Of a DNA stretch of 64,000 nt, positions 1 to 12,983 are shown piece by piece. The stretch is taken from the NCBI GenBank assembly GCA_001643675.2, contig LSRY02000048.1, positions 310,001 to 374,000 of the forward strand, given 5' to 3'. Under the pieces are notes generated by a model, which did not search any database, was not told the origin of the DNA, and saw nothing but the letters and a program-made list of their open reading frames with translations. Source of the stretch: Monocercomonoides exilis PA203. Taxonomy: Eukaryota > Protista > Preaxostyla. Numbering within the stretch: the first letter of the stretch is position 1; each line of letters begins with the position of its first letter. Position numbers and translations under genes: made by a program.

Positions 1-3000
1 ACGAAACAGCTTCAACAGCTTCGCGGAAGGGCTTTCCCAATTTGGAATGGTAAAGGAAGTGCATTAAGCACCCTTCATGATCATCGCAGGATAAATCTCG
101 TATTTTTTCAAAAATTTCTTTTGCATGACGGCTTTTTGTAGCGCGTGGACGAGTGTAATATGGATGGCAATAGATTTCGTTTTCCATATTTTTGCTTATG
201 GTTTCAAAAAAGTGTGATAAAACAATAAAGAAAGCTTGTATCTGTCAATGATGCTGTTGTAAGAGAAAAAAAAAATATCTTTTTTGAGTACAAAAACTTA
301 CTCTTTATTTTTCCTTTTCTTCTCCATCCGTAACAATCCAGTCTTTTCGAACTTTTCTTAAGATTTCCTTCAGTCACGTTGATCCTCCAGTTCCAGCTTA
401 AGCTCCAGTTGAAATTAATCATTTGCTGCACTATTCCCTTCTCACATATCTTCTGCTGCTTCATATTATTCGCTTCAGATGAAATAGAGAAGGATAACAA
501 TGAAAGAGAAGAAGAAGATATAATGCTGGATAAGCATTCGTTTAAAGAGAAGATGTTGCAGTAATTGACAGATATGATAGTTACAGCAATTCCCCCAAAC
601 TGAGAGCAAGAAAGGCAGATAAAAGAGAAGAGTCAGAAAAAGGAAAGGAAAAGAGATTAAAAGAGAGCATGATTGCTGAAGTGCCTGGTACAAAGAAGAG
701 TTGCTGTTAAGAAGCTCAAATTCTTCAAACAACATCATATCGCCTTTTGAAGAACAGGCAACCAGAAGAAGCGGATGCAGAATGAGCAGAAGAGGTACAG
801 GAAGGGCTTTTCAATACGATGAATCATTTGCGAACACGAAAGGCAAATTTGAACGAACAAGAAAAATGAAGAATTCTGGGATAATCCAAGGCACAGAATT
901 TCGATTTAAGCTTACGGCTTTTTTGATGAGAAGCAGAAGTTATCAACTTGAACACGATAACAATGCCATTAGAAAAAATTTCCTCTTTAGTCAAATTGCC
1001 TTTCTGTCTAATTCCTGGACAGGAATCTCGAACAAAGAAATAATCCCTTCTCCTCTCTTCGGTCGAGAACAAATGTCAATCAGCAGCTGAGACTGAAGAG
1101 CATTACAAAAGCGGATATTGCCATCTGCAACGAACGTGAAGTGCACGTCTCGATAGATACGCAAAGATCGGATGATAAAGTTCGTGATGCATCGTGCTCT
1201 CTTCTTCAGCTGCAAAAATAGGATGTGTCAATGTGTATTGTGTGTTCTGTGCTTATTTTGAAGGCTGGGAAGATGAAAAAATGAGTCGTGTGGCTGTATT
1301 GTTGACGGAAGCGCAGAATATAAAGAAGATGAATCCTTATTCACTCCGAAATTTGTATGAAAGAGCAGTTTTGTCTGTTTGAAGAAGTGAGCCAGCTACT
1401 GTGTAAAATGATGCATGAGTCGAAGGGAGGAATTTCGTTAAATTCTGTAAATCAAGCAAATCAAATCTATTTGGTTCATCATTGTCCTTCTCTCCTTTTT
1501 TGTCCGTCTCGTTCTCTTCAGAAAGAAGAAGCTATTGCCCTTTCCCAGAAAACAATGCATAGGCTGTGTCGTGTTCATTGTTGCTGTCTTCTGCTATCCT
1601 CATCTACTGTTGTTCCTCAATTTCCTGTTCAGCTTCCTCCAATTATGCAAGCATCTTCATTGCTGTCTATTTAATTTCATTCTTTCTCATTTTCTCCTCT
1701 CCTCCATCGTCTTCTTATTCATATGCTTCTTCAGATGTTAACAAGAGATCAAAAGCTGTTTTTAACAAAGCTGTTGCCTAAGTGCTGCAACACAACTAAT
1801 CCTTCAGCAGATGCTGTTTCAAAAAGAGGTGTAAAGCTTTTCGATTCAATTGCCACATCTCTTTTTTACATTCCATTTGTGATTGGACATAAGAATATGT
1901 GCTTTGGGACTTTGGTGGACGAGCACACATTTATCGATAACTGAGACGGTTTGGTAGAAAAAGAGGGAATAACAAGCTGTGAATAACCAGCTGTATAACG
2001 CACAACCTCGAAAGAGAAGAAGCCATTCTGCTTTTTCTCATTCTTTGTTTCCGTCAGGTTTAGCGTATACTGTCTCTACTCCCTTTCCACTTCCTCCTTC
2101 GAGCTTTGAAATGCAAACGTTGAATCAAAAATGAGGACGTTGGGCTGCATAGACTTTTTCGCAGAGTTAAACGAAAGGTGGATATTCGACTCTAGAGGCA
2201 GCTGAGGCTTTTCAACACAGTGTTCGTTGCTCCTCCAACCGACTGTGAAAACGAGCCGCAAGTTTGAAGGGATGATCGCATTCACCATATCACAATCGCC
2301 TGTCAGTGGGTGAGATGGGGCGTATGCATTTTCAAAGTTGATCCCATCGTTGTTGTTTGATATAACTCTCTACTTCCGCAGTTGTAACAGACAAGCTGTC
2401 TCTCACTCTATTCCAGATAAGTACAGAGTGAGAGTTGAAGAGCTGAAAAGTAAAGTTGAAAGCCATCTACCCTGCCACCACCTTCCACACATTCGCCACA
2501 CAGCTGGTATCAATTGTGATGAGTTTGCAGAAGATGGTGCTTTTGACGATGAATTCGATGCATGTTTAGTCGAATATGTCACAACGGACGGAGAAGATGA
2601 TGGAGCGCCACACGAACAGCCGCTTGCTTTGCATCACGATCACATTATTTTTCATTTTAAGTATATTCTTTACCGAAACCAGGTGCTTTGACTTCTTGAC
2701 TCCTTTCTATTTCTTTTTCTTTTTCTCTTTTCCTTCTCTTCTAACATTCATCTTGTTTCCGTCTTCCATTTTTCCCTGAATAAGATGCATTCGAAGAATT
2801 AACAGAATTGTTTCTGCTGTTGTATTCCTGCTCCAGTTCTTCTTTCTTCTTCTTCTTCTTCTTCTTCTTCTTTTTACTTTTTTTTTTTTTTTTTTGCTTC
2901 ATCAAAGTGTTAAAGCATCGTTATTGGAGAAATGAACAACTGTGACGCTTCTTCGAATGAAGACACCATCTATTCACACATCTGCTACAGGATGCCAACA

Positions 3001-4849
3001 TTCTCGCTGTTATATCAAAAAAGAAAGAAACCGGATAATCCCTATCCAATCTGGCTGACCTTTTCAATTCTTCAAGAGAGTTGAGCATGCTTAGGTTCCA
3101 TAGCAGAATCCTTCCTCCAAATTCAGCTTTGTCTAAAAGACACATCTTCCTCATCAATTTTATTCACAACACGCATCTCTTGTGAGCGGGGAGGAGAGCT
3201 TAACGAGAGAGCCTGTTGAAGATGAAAAAGGCATAGATTGTTATGAACTCTTTGCATGAATAGCAGTACATTTTGGTTTTGTTTTTGAAGTTCTTTTCAT
3301 ATCATCGTCTCTGGCAATAGTTGCATTGGCTGCTCTCATTTTCTCCATTTGCTTGTTTGATTAACCAAATCATTTCGAGCATTTCAATTGGTAGGATCTT
3401 CGCAATGTAGTTATTAGAGGTATAATCAGGAACTATTCCTCTTCAGCATTGAACAATGTGGTGATTGCTTTAATATGGACATGCATTGAAAAATTTTCAT
3501 CAGTTGCACAATCATCAAGACGAGGGCACAAGCTGCTTTCAAATGAGAAAGTTGAGGAAGATAATGATTGCCATGCTGGAGTAGAGAAGTGAGGGGAGTT
3601 GCGAGATAAATGTCAGCGAGATGATTAAGAAAAAGAAAAAGAAAATAATGATGAAGTTTAATGAAAGTGAGATAAAACAGATGATGATAAGAAAAAGAAG
3701 GCAGTGTCATAAGAGAGAAGAGGTTGATTTCTAAAAAAAATAATGAGAAAATTTAAAAGAACAACAATTATAAATAAAAATAAAACAAAATGTTTTCATA
3801 TTGTTGAAAGAATTCAAAGACAATAAAGATAATTATAATGATATTTCATATATAATTTAATAAATCATACTAAAAGCATTTTAATAAAAATTGCAAGTTG
3901 GGAAAGTTGGAGCGCAAGCACTGAGAAGAGGGTCCAGAACAGTGAATACGATAGAGACGAGGCTGAAGAGGCGGACGAAGAATGACAAGAGCAAAAAGAT
4001 ATACACAGAAACTTTGTCTTCTGCAGATCAGATTGAGTGAACGATGAAGAAGAGGACGAGGTGGCGTATGAGAGCAGATGAAAGAAAGGTGCGTTCTATG
4101 GAGAGAAGGTCCGGGGTGGATAGATTCCTGGAGAAAGAGAAGTTAAAAAAAAGAATGTTAATTGTTTTAAAATTAAAAAGGTAGATCGTATTTATATATT
4201 TGAAAGGATCATAAAGAATATGAGTAGACAAACATCAAAATTCTTGTCACTTTCAATTCAAAACAAATAAATAAAAAAATACATACCACCTAATACAACA
4301 CGGTTGCCGATGAGAATTCATTGTTGCTCATGTCTGGTTATTCTGTGTGATTGTCCAATTCTCACAAAAATCTTGCTGTTCTCTGGAACAAAATGGCTCT
4401 AATTTGCCAAGAAGAAACAGAAGATTGCGAATAGAAGCTGTATTGTTCATCCCACATTCCTCCTCATGTTCCCCTCCTCTGCTTGCATTGTTGTTGTTGT
4501 TGCCTTTCCTGCTATTTGCAGAATATCTTGATTAACTTTTATCATCACTTGCATAAGGATTTCTATTGCCATCAAAATTGCTATTGCTATTCTCGGTGCC
4601 AAAAGCAGAGATCTGAGAATAGAGCGAGTCTGCTGAGCGGATTATCTCAATAGCTCAAAATAAGGAGGCAACTTCGTTTGCAAGAAGGATGAGATGCGCA
4701 ATGAGACGAGTGCGGAGCGAGGCTACAACTGAAACATGATCTGAAAAGCAGAGCAGAGCAAGAAAGAGAGATTCAAGAGTTTCAGCGGTACCGCTGCTGA
4801 GTGGATGTCGAAGAAGATGGCCTGTCGCAGGAAGGGGAGAGAAGAAGAA

Positions 4850-4922
4850 GAATAGGATGAAGAGGAAGAGGAAGAGGAAGAGGAAGAGGAAGAGGAAGAG
4901 GAAGAGGAAGAGGAAGAGGAAG
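4850..4922. repeat. (GAGGAA)n microsatellite
   Basis: Read directly. Confidence 0.9.
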
Positions 4923-6906
4923 GAGACTTTGGTTGGAGCCTCGCATTATGCTTGCCAAACAACAACAACAAAGAAGCTGATGATGGAGCAGACCAATGTG
5001 TGGTGGGCGTGAAAGATTTGCTTGATAGAGTCACTTTGAACTATTTTGAAAAGATCGTCTCCAGCTGGTGCCTCTTAATTTGAATGAATAATTGCCTTTT
5101 CGACCGAAGCGAAATTAACTGAAAGGAGATAAAAATGAACCACATTGAAGAAGATCGATGGATCAGAAGAGGAGGAGGCTATAGAAGAAGATGAAGACGA
5201 TGACACTGTTGGAGACGACGATGATGATTATGCAAGAGAAGGAGTGGAAATGATGTCACTGACTTTGGAATCTGCATCATCGCCCCAATGTCAAGAGACT
5301 TCCGCAGTAAGCCTGTTCTAAATGACGAAGAATACGAAATGGAATATTAACGAATAGACGAGAAAGATGTAGAAGAACACGAACTCCAACCAGAAAAGCT
5401 TCTGTTTTTCATCTCAAATTCCATCGAATTCAACGAAGACGATCTTTTCATCTCTCTTTCCTCCAACCCATTCATTTTCCGTATCGTTGCTCGCCAATTC
5501 TTATCCAATGCAGATTCCACCACACATGCCACTTTTCATTCTTTCAATATACTTTTCGTTATTTCATCTTCCAACTTCTGCAATGTCATCTTTTCTTACA
5601 TATCTGAAGAAAGCTATTATCTCCACTGGCTTCGGATTACAGCAGTACTCTTTCTGAAAATATTCGTTTAACATATAATAAAGAAAAAAAAGGAGATGAA
5701 GAAAGACAAAAAAGCAAAACTGGTGGTTTTTCTTCTTTTCATTTCCTGAAAAAAAATATTGAATTCTGAATCTCCCATGGTTATCGCTTCGACTTTCAAT
5801 TTCCGTTTGAATGATTAATTTTTCTTTATTCAACAATAACTTATTCGAACAAAATATCGCTCATAAATACTAACCTTCAAATGTCACTCGGACAATTCGA
5901 TTATGTTTATTATCATATCATTCATTTTTGCAAATACAAATATTAATCTTTGTCGCTCATTTTTGATTCCTTTTCCAAATATTTCTTTTTATATTGAATT
6001 GTTTCTAAAACTCAAAATAAACATTTATTATGGAATGGTTTTCAATTCCTTTTTTTGTTTCATTGGACTATAAACATTATGACTAGAATGCAGAATAAGT
6101 TTGGAACAAAACATGGTTTTTTTCATAAATGAAAAAATTATGCCCCATATTTCAAAAATTGATCGCTCCCACAATATTTAACTTCAGAATTGGTTTTTTT
6201 TCAAAAAAAATATAAGATTAAAAACCAAAAATTCGATTCCAATCGTGTTTTATTTATTCTATTCAATCACGTTTTATTAATGTTTAATAATTTGTGAACA
6301 TTTCAACGACTACGTGAAGTTATCATATGCCTTTGTTTGTTCAGCACCCTTATAAAATCGTTATTTCAAATTGAAATATCTTTTCTCTCCTTTTTTGGTA
6401 GTTTATAATGACAAATCATAAGTTACAAATCAATGGATGAAATTTAAATAGACTTCTTCAATTCAAATCAATCCATTTAATTCAAATAAAGTTAGTTTAT
6501 TTAAAATGAAGTTGGAATATTCTAAATATAGCACGTTTATTCAAATTGACGCTGAAATCCATCTTGAAAATGTATTTAAAAAAATATATTTTATCTTTCT
6601 AAATCACTAATTGGTTCATTTGGTGTTGTTTTTTTAAGTATTTTTAACCCAATTTTTATAACAATTTTGATCTTTTAGTTTTTAGTTGGAAATATGACTA
6701 AATAACACCAAAATGAGCTTCAAAGACAAAAAAAAGAAAAATTTCGAGAGTTTAAGGTTTATTTCGCTAATATTTTTATGTTTGTTTTAGAAAACACAGA
6801 AGATACGATTTTCATTAGGATAAAAATGTTAAGAGGAAAAGTGAAATGCTCCGAACAGTTTCATTTTGTAAAACACAAATAACTGCAAAAGTGTACGAAA
6901 TGAAGC

Positions 6907-7830
6907 GTGGAAGCTGACAAACTTGATTTTCTTTTTTCTTCTTCCTCTCCTTCCCCCTCTTCTTCATCCCATATTATCTCCTCCCAGATGCAAATCCCCA
7001 AATCCCTGCCTCCTTCTCCATCTCCCATTTCTCTTTCTCCTCATTCATCTCCCTTCACAATTCCTTCCTTTTTTCTCCTTCCCCTCTCCATATCCATCAC
7101 CAATCCCATTCCCACCTCCAAATTCACCTCAATCTCCATCTCTCAAACGCCTTCTTCTCCAACATCTCATCTCCCCAATCCCATCCATCTCTTCCATCCC
7201 TTCCCTCTCTCTCATTCAATTCTCTCATCTCAACCTCTTCTTCGTATTGTTCCACTTCCACCAACATCAACATCAATACAATCCCCTCTTTCTCCCTTCA
7301 CTCATCCCTTTCAATTCACTCAACAAATTATTCATTCTCAGAAAACAGAGTAGAAAGTTGTTCAATAACAAATTGGTGTGGAACTGGCTGGTATTTTAAT
7401 GTTGGCGGTTTTCCGTCAAATGGTCAATTCTTATTCACCAAATGCAAGTGCATCTCAAATTCTGGTGGTGATTCTGCTGGTTCTCTAACATTTTATAATC
7501 CTCCAGGAAACAAACCAAGCCAGTTTTCTATCAATGATTGTCAATTCATCAATAATAAATTAACTGCCTCTGCCAATTACGGAGGAGCTGCAATTTGCTT
7601 CCTTCCACCATATTCATGGTGAATGGAGTTAAATTCATCACTTTCTGTTTCTTCGATGGCATCACTACAACTAATGGAAGAGGAAATGATGCGTTTTTTT
7701 ACGGAAGTGATATTTCCCAATCCCCATTCGGAAATGTGGATCAACAACTCCAACACCAAGACTGTGAAACAGCAATACAGCTGATAATGCTGAGTGTAAC
7801 AGTTGGCTTCCAATTCATATCTCCTTTTTT
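6907..7830 (+). pseudogene. Frameshifted fragment of a beta-helix / Pmp-like repeat protein gene
   Basis: S/P-rich segment, then FSINDCQFINNKL..YGGAAICF and FITFCFFDG..GRGNDAFF in different frames. Confidence 0.5.
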
Positions 7831-8419
7831 TTTCAAATGAAAATTCATGAGAAATTTCATCTCTTCATTTTCTTCATTTTCTTCATTTTCTTCCTCATCC
7901 TCTCTTCCTATTCCTTCTTCTTCGACTATGTTTGTGAAAATATACCTTTTTTATGTGAAGCTGAAGCAACAGCTTCCGTGTCCACTTCTCCAAAACCTCA
8001 TGTATTATTTCCTCTTTTTGCTTTTGTTCTTAATATTTCTTAAAAATAAACTTCATGTCTCCATCAACTTTCTCTTCTTCTTCCTCCTCCTCTTCCTTCT
8101 CAATATCAATTGAATTTCTCTCAATCTCTGACTCCTCAAACATAGTCAAATCATTCTTCGATGTATGCATTTGTTCCTCATCTTTCTTTTCTCCATCTGA
8201 ACTTCCATCTGAAGTTATTCCCAAAGACCCATCTGCTGCTTCTTCTTCTGCTCTTGATATCTCCTGTTGAATGCTATTGGATGGAGAAGAACTGCACACT
8301 TCAGGTTTCATTGGATGCTGCTTGCTTACACCCACATCAGCATCGGCCTTCACAAACCTCAGCCGATTCAGCCCAAGCGCCTCCACAACCACAGAGCCAT
8401 CGCTTCTTCCAGCTTCATC

Positions 8420-9070
8420 TGGTTCTCCTTGATTCTCTCCACAAACTCTCCGTGCGCTGTCGGACACCCGCCTTTCTCCTCATTCCCATCACCTCCCTTT
8501 CTCCTTCCATCTTCTTCTCCTTTTTATCCTCCCTCTTTGTCTCCCTCTTTGCATCCCCTTTCTCCTTCCTCTGCTTCTTCCCGCTCCTCCAGAGCCGCCA
8601 GCGCCATCGCTGCTCACGACAGAACCACATCTTCCATCTTCAGCCCCGCTGCCGATAACCCCTTTTCCACAATCTCTCTCACTTTTCACACTGCAACCCC
8701 TCGCTCCATCACTTCATCGTCCAGATTCACCACCACACGCCTCGACTGTTGTGATCGCCATATCTGTGGCGACGGGTCAAACAGATCGTAGATCGACCGG
8801 AACGCATTCACACATCCACTCCAAAGATCTGCTGATCACCAACTTCGTGCCCACCGACGCTGAAAGCGACGGAAGCTGAGCCACCAGCGGAACAGAAAGC
8901 ATCGCCGAAAGCGCCACATTGTACTCGCACACAACACCCACATACAGCACCCCCCGCCGAGCCACAACATATCCACGCAGCGTCTGCGGCGACAGCAGTA
9001 TGTGCTGTGCATACAATTCAGCCTCCTCAGGCACCACAATCCCCAGTTGTCTCTCCATGTTATCCATCGC
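8420..9070 (-). pseudogene. Decayed member of a second repeated family (AFxSIYDLFD..MEDVVL motif)
   Basis: Colinear nucleotide similarity to 32820-33280 (AGAACCACATCTTCCATC, AACAGATCGxAGATCGA, CTCAGGCACCACAAT). Contains stops and frameshifts. Confidence 0.6.
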
Positions 9071-10884
9071 AGCTGCTTACGTGTGTGACAATGCAACAGT
9101 CAAGGCATCTGAAGGGTCAATTGCAGGCTTCGATGAAGATAACGATGGCTTTTCATCCTGCAAAATTCTTCTCTTCTCTTATATGTTGCACAAACAGCTA
9201 TGAAGCAAACTAATATGCTGCTTCAGTTGAAGAAGAAGAAGAAGAATGAGATATTTGATTATGATCATCTCCAAAAGGCGCTACAACATTTATCTTCTTT
9301 GGAGAAACGTTTCAAATTTCTCAGAATTTCTCTGATAGGAAAGTGGGAATATCAGGGATGCAGATTAAAAATGAAATTTCTTTTAGTTTCTTTGTGCATT
9401 TTCTGTTGTTTCCATTTTAATTTTTGTTAAAAACTGAGTTTTCTGCAATTCGAGGAAAGAAGTCGATGTCCTTATCGAAATTGTCTTCTTCGAAGAATGT
9501 TTCGTCTCTTTTGGGGGAAGAATGAGATGTTTCAATTGTAATGAACATGTTGGCTCAATCTTCTCTTTCTTTTTCTTCAATTGATAATTCTTCTATTAAT
9601 ATCAATGATTCTCTTCTTTTTATTCCTGTTCCTTCTCTTCAATTTCTTTTCTTTCTTCATTTCTACAACATATAAATTTTCTTCTTCTTCTTCTTCTTCT
9701 TCTTCTTCTTCGCCTTTCTCTCATTTCTTTCCTTTCTTTCCTTTTTCTTTCGTTTTCATTTGTTTCCTACAAAGTTCCCATATCGCAACACATGTCTCCC
9801 TTGTCCTGCATCTGATCGAAGCATTCTTTTGCTTTTCTTACGCAACAGTTGGTGTCTTCCGCCAACAAACAATTGAATTCCCCGTCTCATTGCATTTGTA
9901 ACTTGGCGCGTGAAAGCACCTTCTCATTAAAAAAATGTCACTGCTTCAATGATCACATAAACTCTCCAGAAGATTAAAGAATGCAGTGACACTTCATTCG
10001 TCTTGTTGACGCCCAAGCCTCTGAGGAGCAGGGTGAACTCAACAGTCCACAAAATATGTTCGGTTGAAAACAGAATCTGATGAAATTTTCCATTCTTTAA
10101 AAATCATTTCTTATTGAAGCCGCAACACAAGATAAACATAGGCCAATCATTTTTCAAAATGCCATCCAAATTTGTTTGTCCTTCCTTTTTCACAGAAGTC
10201 CATCTTTTCATCTTCATTCAATAAAATGTATTCTGAATTTGTTTTCACCTCTTGCATCCAATAAAATTTCCGAAAATCATGTATCTTGCGTAACTTCCTT
10301 TATTTCCCAATGGATATATAATAATCAGCTCCATTCTCATCGTATTGCTCCACAAAGCGGGGATTGGCCATTTCAACAATAATTCGGATTCCTGCACTTT
10401 GGAAAGGATACAGACGGAAATATCTTTGCAATCAATAGAACAATATAAAATACATACATTCAGATTTTTCCATTCAAAATGAAAATCGTTATTATCCCTT
10501 GGACAACGAATCACATTAATTCATCAGATAGAATTTCAGAATTATTTCGTTTCCACCATTTCCAGTTGCCATCATTGGAAATAATGCTTCCAATTCTGTA
10601 AAAAATGTTTATTAATTGAACTCTCATTTTGTTAATGAGTATTCCTTTTGAAAAAAACTTTGATCAAAACATCCATAACAACAAACAGAAAGAACAAAGC
10701 GTTCTTTTTCTTTGAAATTATAAGTCGAAAATGTTATCGAAAGATGGAAGAGTTTGAATGAATTTATTTTTTTTTTGCTTTTGTGAGTTTTCATTTTTCA
10801 TCTGTTTTCTTCAATCCAATCATTTGAGCTTTCTTTGTGAATATCAAAATCACATTGCTTTCTTCATTCAGTAAAAAAAAGAAT

Positions 10885-11474
10885 ATGCATATAGGAGACA
10901 GACAGAACAAAAAAAGTTCACAGGTTTGTGTTCAATGTTTCACAAAATTCTTATTTATTGCATTTTTTGATAATTTTTTTAAGAACTGTTTTGTGAACTG
11001 GAGCATAGCAATGAAGATGAACAAAGAAAGAAAATCGAAGAAATGAATGAAATACTTGATGAAATGAATGGGCATGAATTTAAATTCATTTATAAGACAG
11101 AGCTGTTTAATGAAATTCTTGCAATGATTGAAAAAAAGAAAATTTCGATGGAAAATGCAATTTTGCTGCTGAAGTGCATTGGATATTACGCAACATTGAA
11201 AGGAATTTGGGTTTCTGACTTTGAAAGATCTTTGCTGAAAGAAAGATTTGAAAAAATGATTAAAAATGAAGTCAAGAAAAAAGAAAAAATGAACGAAAAT
11301 CTACTGATTGATCTTTGAGAATGTTTTGTTTTTCTTTGCGCTACTAATCTTTCAATATCGCTTTCAATTTGTTTGCCCTGCCTTCTGAAAGCTGCCTCAA
11401 AGAAAGAGGGAAATGAGGAGACTTGAAAAGAAGTGGAAATGGCTTTGCTTTCATTAAGCGGATCTGGATATTGT
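10885..11474 (+). pseudogene. Expanded unknown family copy 1, 5' part (exons 1-2)
   Basis: MNEILDEMN..ENAILLLK.IG..NENLLIDL and EVEMALLSLS. In-frame TGA at 11316 and ~11424. Intron 2 donor GTATGA at 11475. Confidence 0.85.
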
Positions 11475-12141
11475 GTATGAAAACTTCTTTTCCAATTGTG
11501 ATACTAATATCCCCCCTCCCCTCTTCAATATTTATATAGGGTGCAAATTTTAACTTGACCTCAAAATTTTATCTCAACCCTATTTTTTTGAAACTTATTT
11601 TTGCTTTTTTGATTTGTAAAAAGGCTTAAAATAAAAACAAAATAAATCGACTTCTTGATATTTTTGTTTTTCATAACTATGTGGAAAAAAAATTTGAAAT
11701 TTTTATATTCAAAAAATTATTTAAAATTTTTATTATTTTAGGACCCAGATCAAAGACTTGCTGGCTGTGAAGCCAATATTTCATACTGAACGTTTTAAGC
11801 CACAGCATCAGCATTCCACATTCCAATATTAATCCTCTGCGACTTGTGACATTTTTTGAAACAAAAAGTTAAAATGACCGACTTAATAAAACATTTTTGT
11901 CACTCAAATCTCATCCTATGAAAAAGCAAAAAAAATATGGAAAATAAATAATTAAATAATTAATGCAAAATGTTTATTTTAATGTTATTGGATCTTTTTT
12001 TTATTTGCTTTTTCGATGTTGTTGAAATAAAAATGATCATTATAAAAGTGATGGTTTATTGACAAGATCAGTCAGTTATGGAAATTTGATGACAATTTTT
12101 TCCAGTGGAGAGTCTGGGCAACAGAAAAATTTATTATTTAA

Positions 12142-12276
12142 ATGGATCCTGAGCTATTGAACAGTTTACCACCTGAACTTCAATTATCCCTGAACGATCT
12201 TTCAATTGTATGTGGTTTATATCGCATTTAATTGTTAAACAGAATTATTCTATACATTTTGAAGAAAAAAGCATAT
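12142..12276 (+). pseudogene. Displaced 5' end of the hAT transposase (exon 1, 35-nt intron, start of exon 2)
   Basis: ATG at 12142 gives MDPELLNSLPPELQLSLNDLSI, followed by intron GTATGT...AAACAG (12208-12242) and NYSIHFEEKSI. This joins in frame to YCKKCYELQKIGCG at 17804 once 12277-17801 and one AT are removed. Confidence 0.72.
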
Positions 12277-12983
12277 GGGTAATTCTTTATGAAAAGTCGC
12301 AAACGTTTAACTGATCTGAAAAGAAGATCAAAAATGATCAAAAAATGTTGATCATTCCGTTACCATCATATATTGCTGAGTATTATTCTTATCAGTTTTG
12401 CTACCCTATCTCCGAATATTTCGTTTCAATAAAACAGATTTCATATAATATTTTCTCTGTCAAATCATATCAATGTTATTAAATATTGTTTTTCTTGTTT
12501 TTTGTAGCAACTTAATATTTTGTTCATATTTCTTTGTTTTCATTTCAACTGTTCATATAAACGTTTTATTTTTTTGAATTGAGGCTCCACATTAATTATT
12601 TTCCTATGATAAATAACAGATAGATTTTAACTTGTTTTAATTTGATTATTTTGAAAAGAAATTATTAAATAGGAAATTTTCATCTATTCTTTCCTCATTG
12701 AAATTAAAAGAAATACAAAAAGTTGTTAATATTGAGCAATTGTTAATGTTATTAAAAATAAATGAAGAATAACATGTCATATCTCAAAATTAAATGAACT
12801 TTTATAAAAATTCAAAAAAGAAATGGTATCTCATGTTTTGAATCAAATCATGAATCATATCTTAAATAGTTTTCAACTTTTCATTTTCTTTTTTGTTTAT
12901 CTTTTTCTTCTCATTTCAATTCCCTTCCAAAAGAAATTCTTTTCCTTTTTTTCCATCAAATTAGAATAGATGAGATTTCGGAA

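Noticed and set aside
1-5560. Short ORFs in GC-richer sequence at the window start (also 27280-28600 and 30500-32400)
   Set aside because: Probably decayed genes, but no consistent frame or recognisable domain could be supported by eye.
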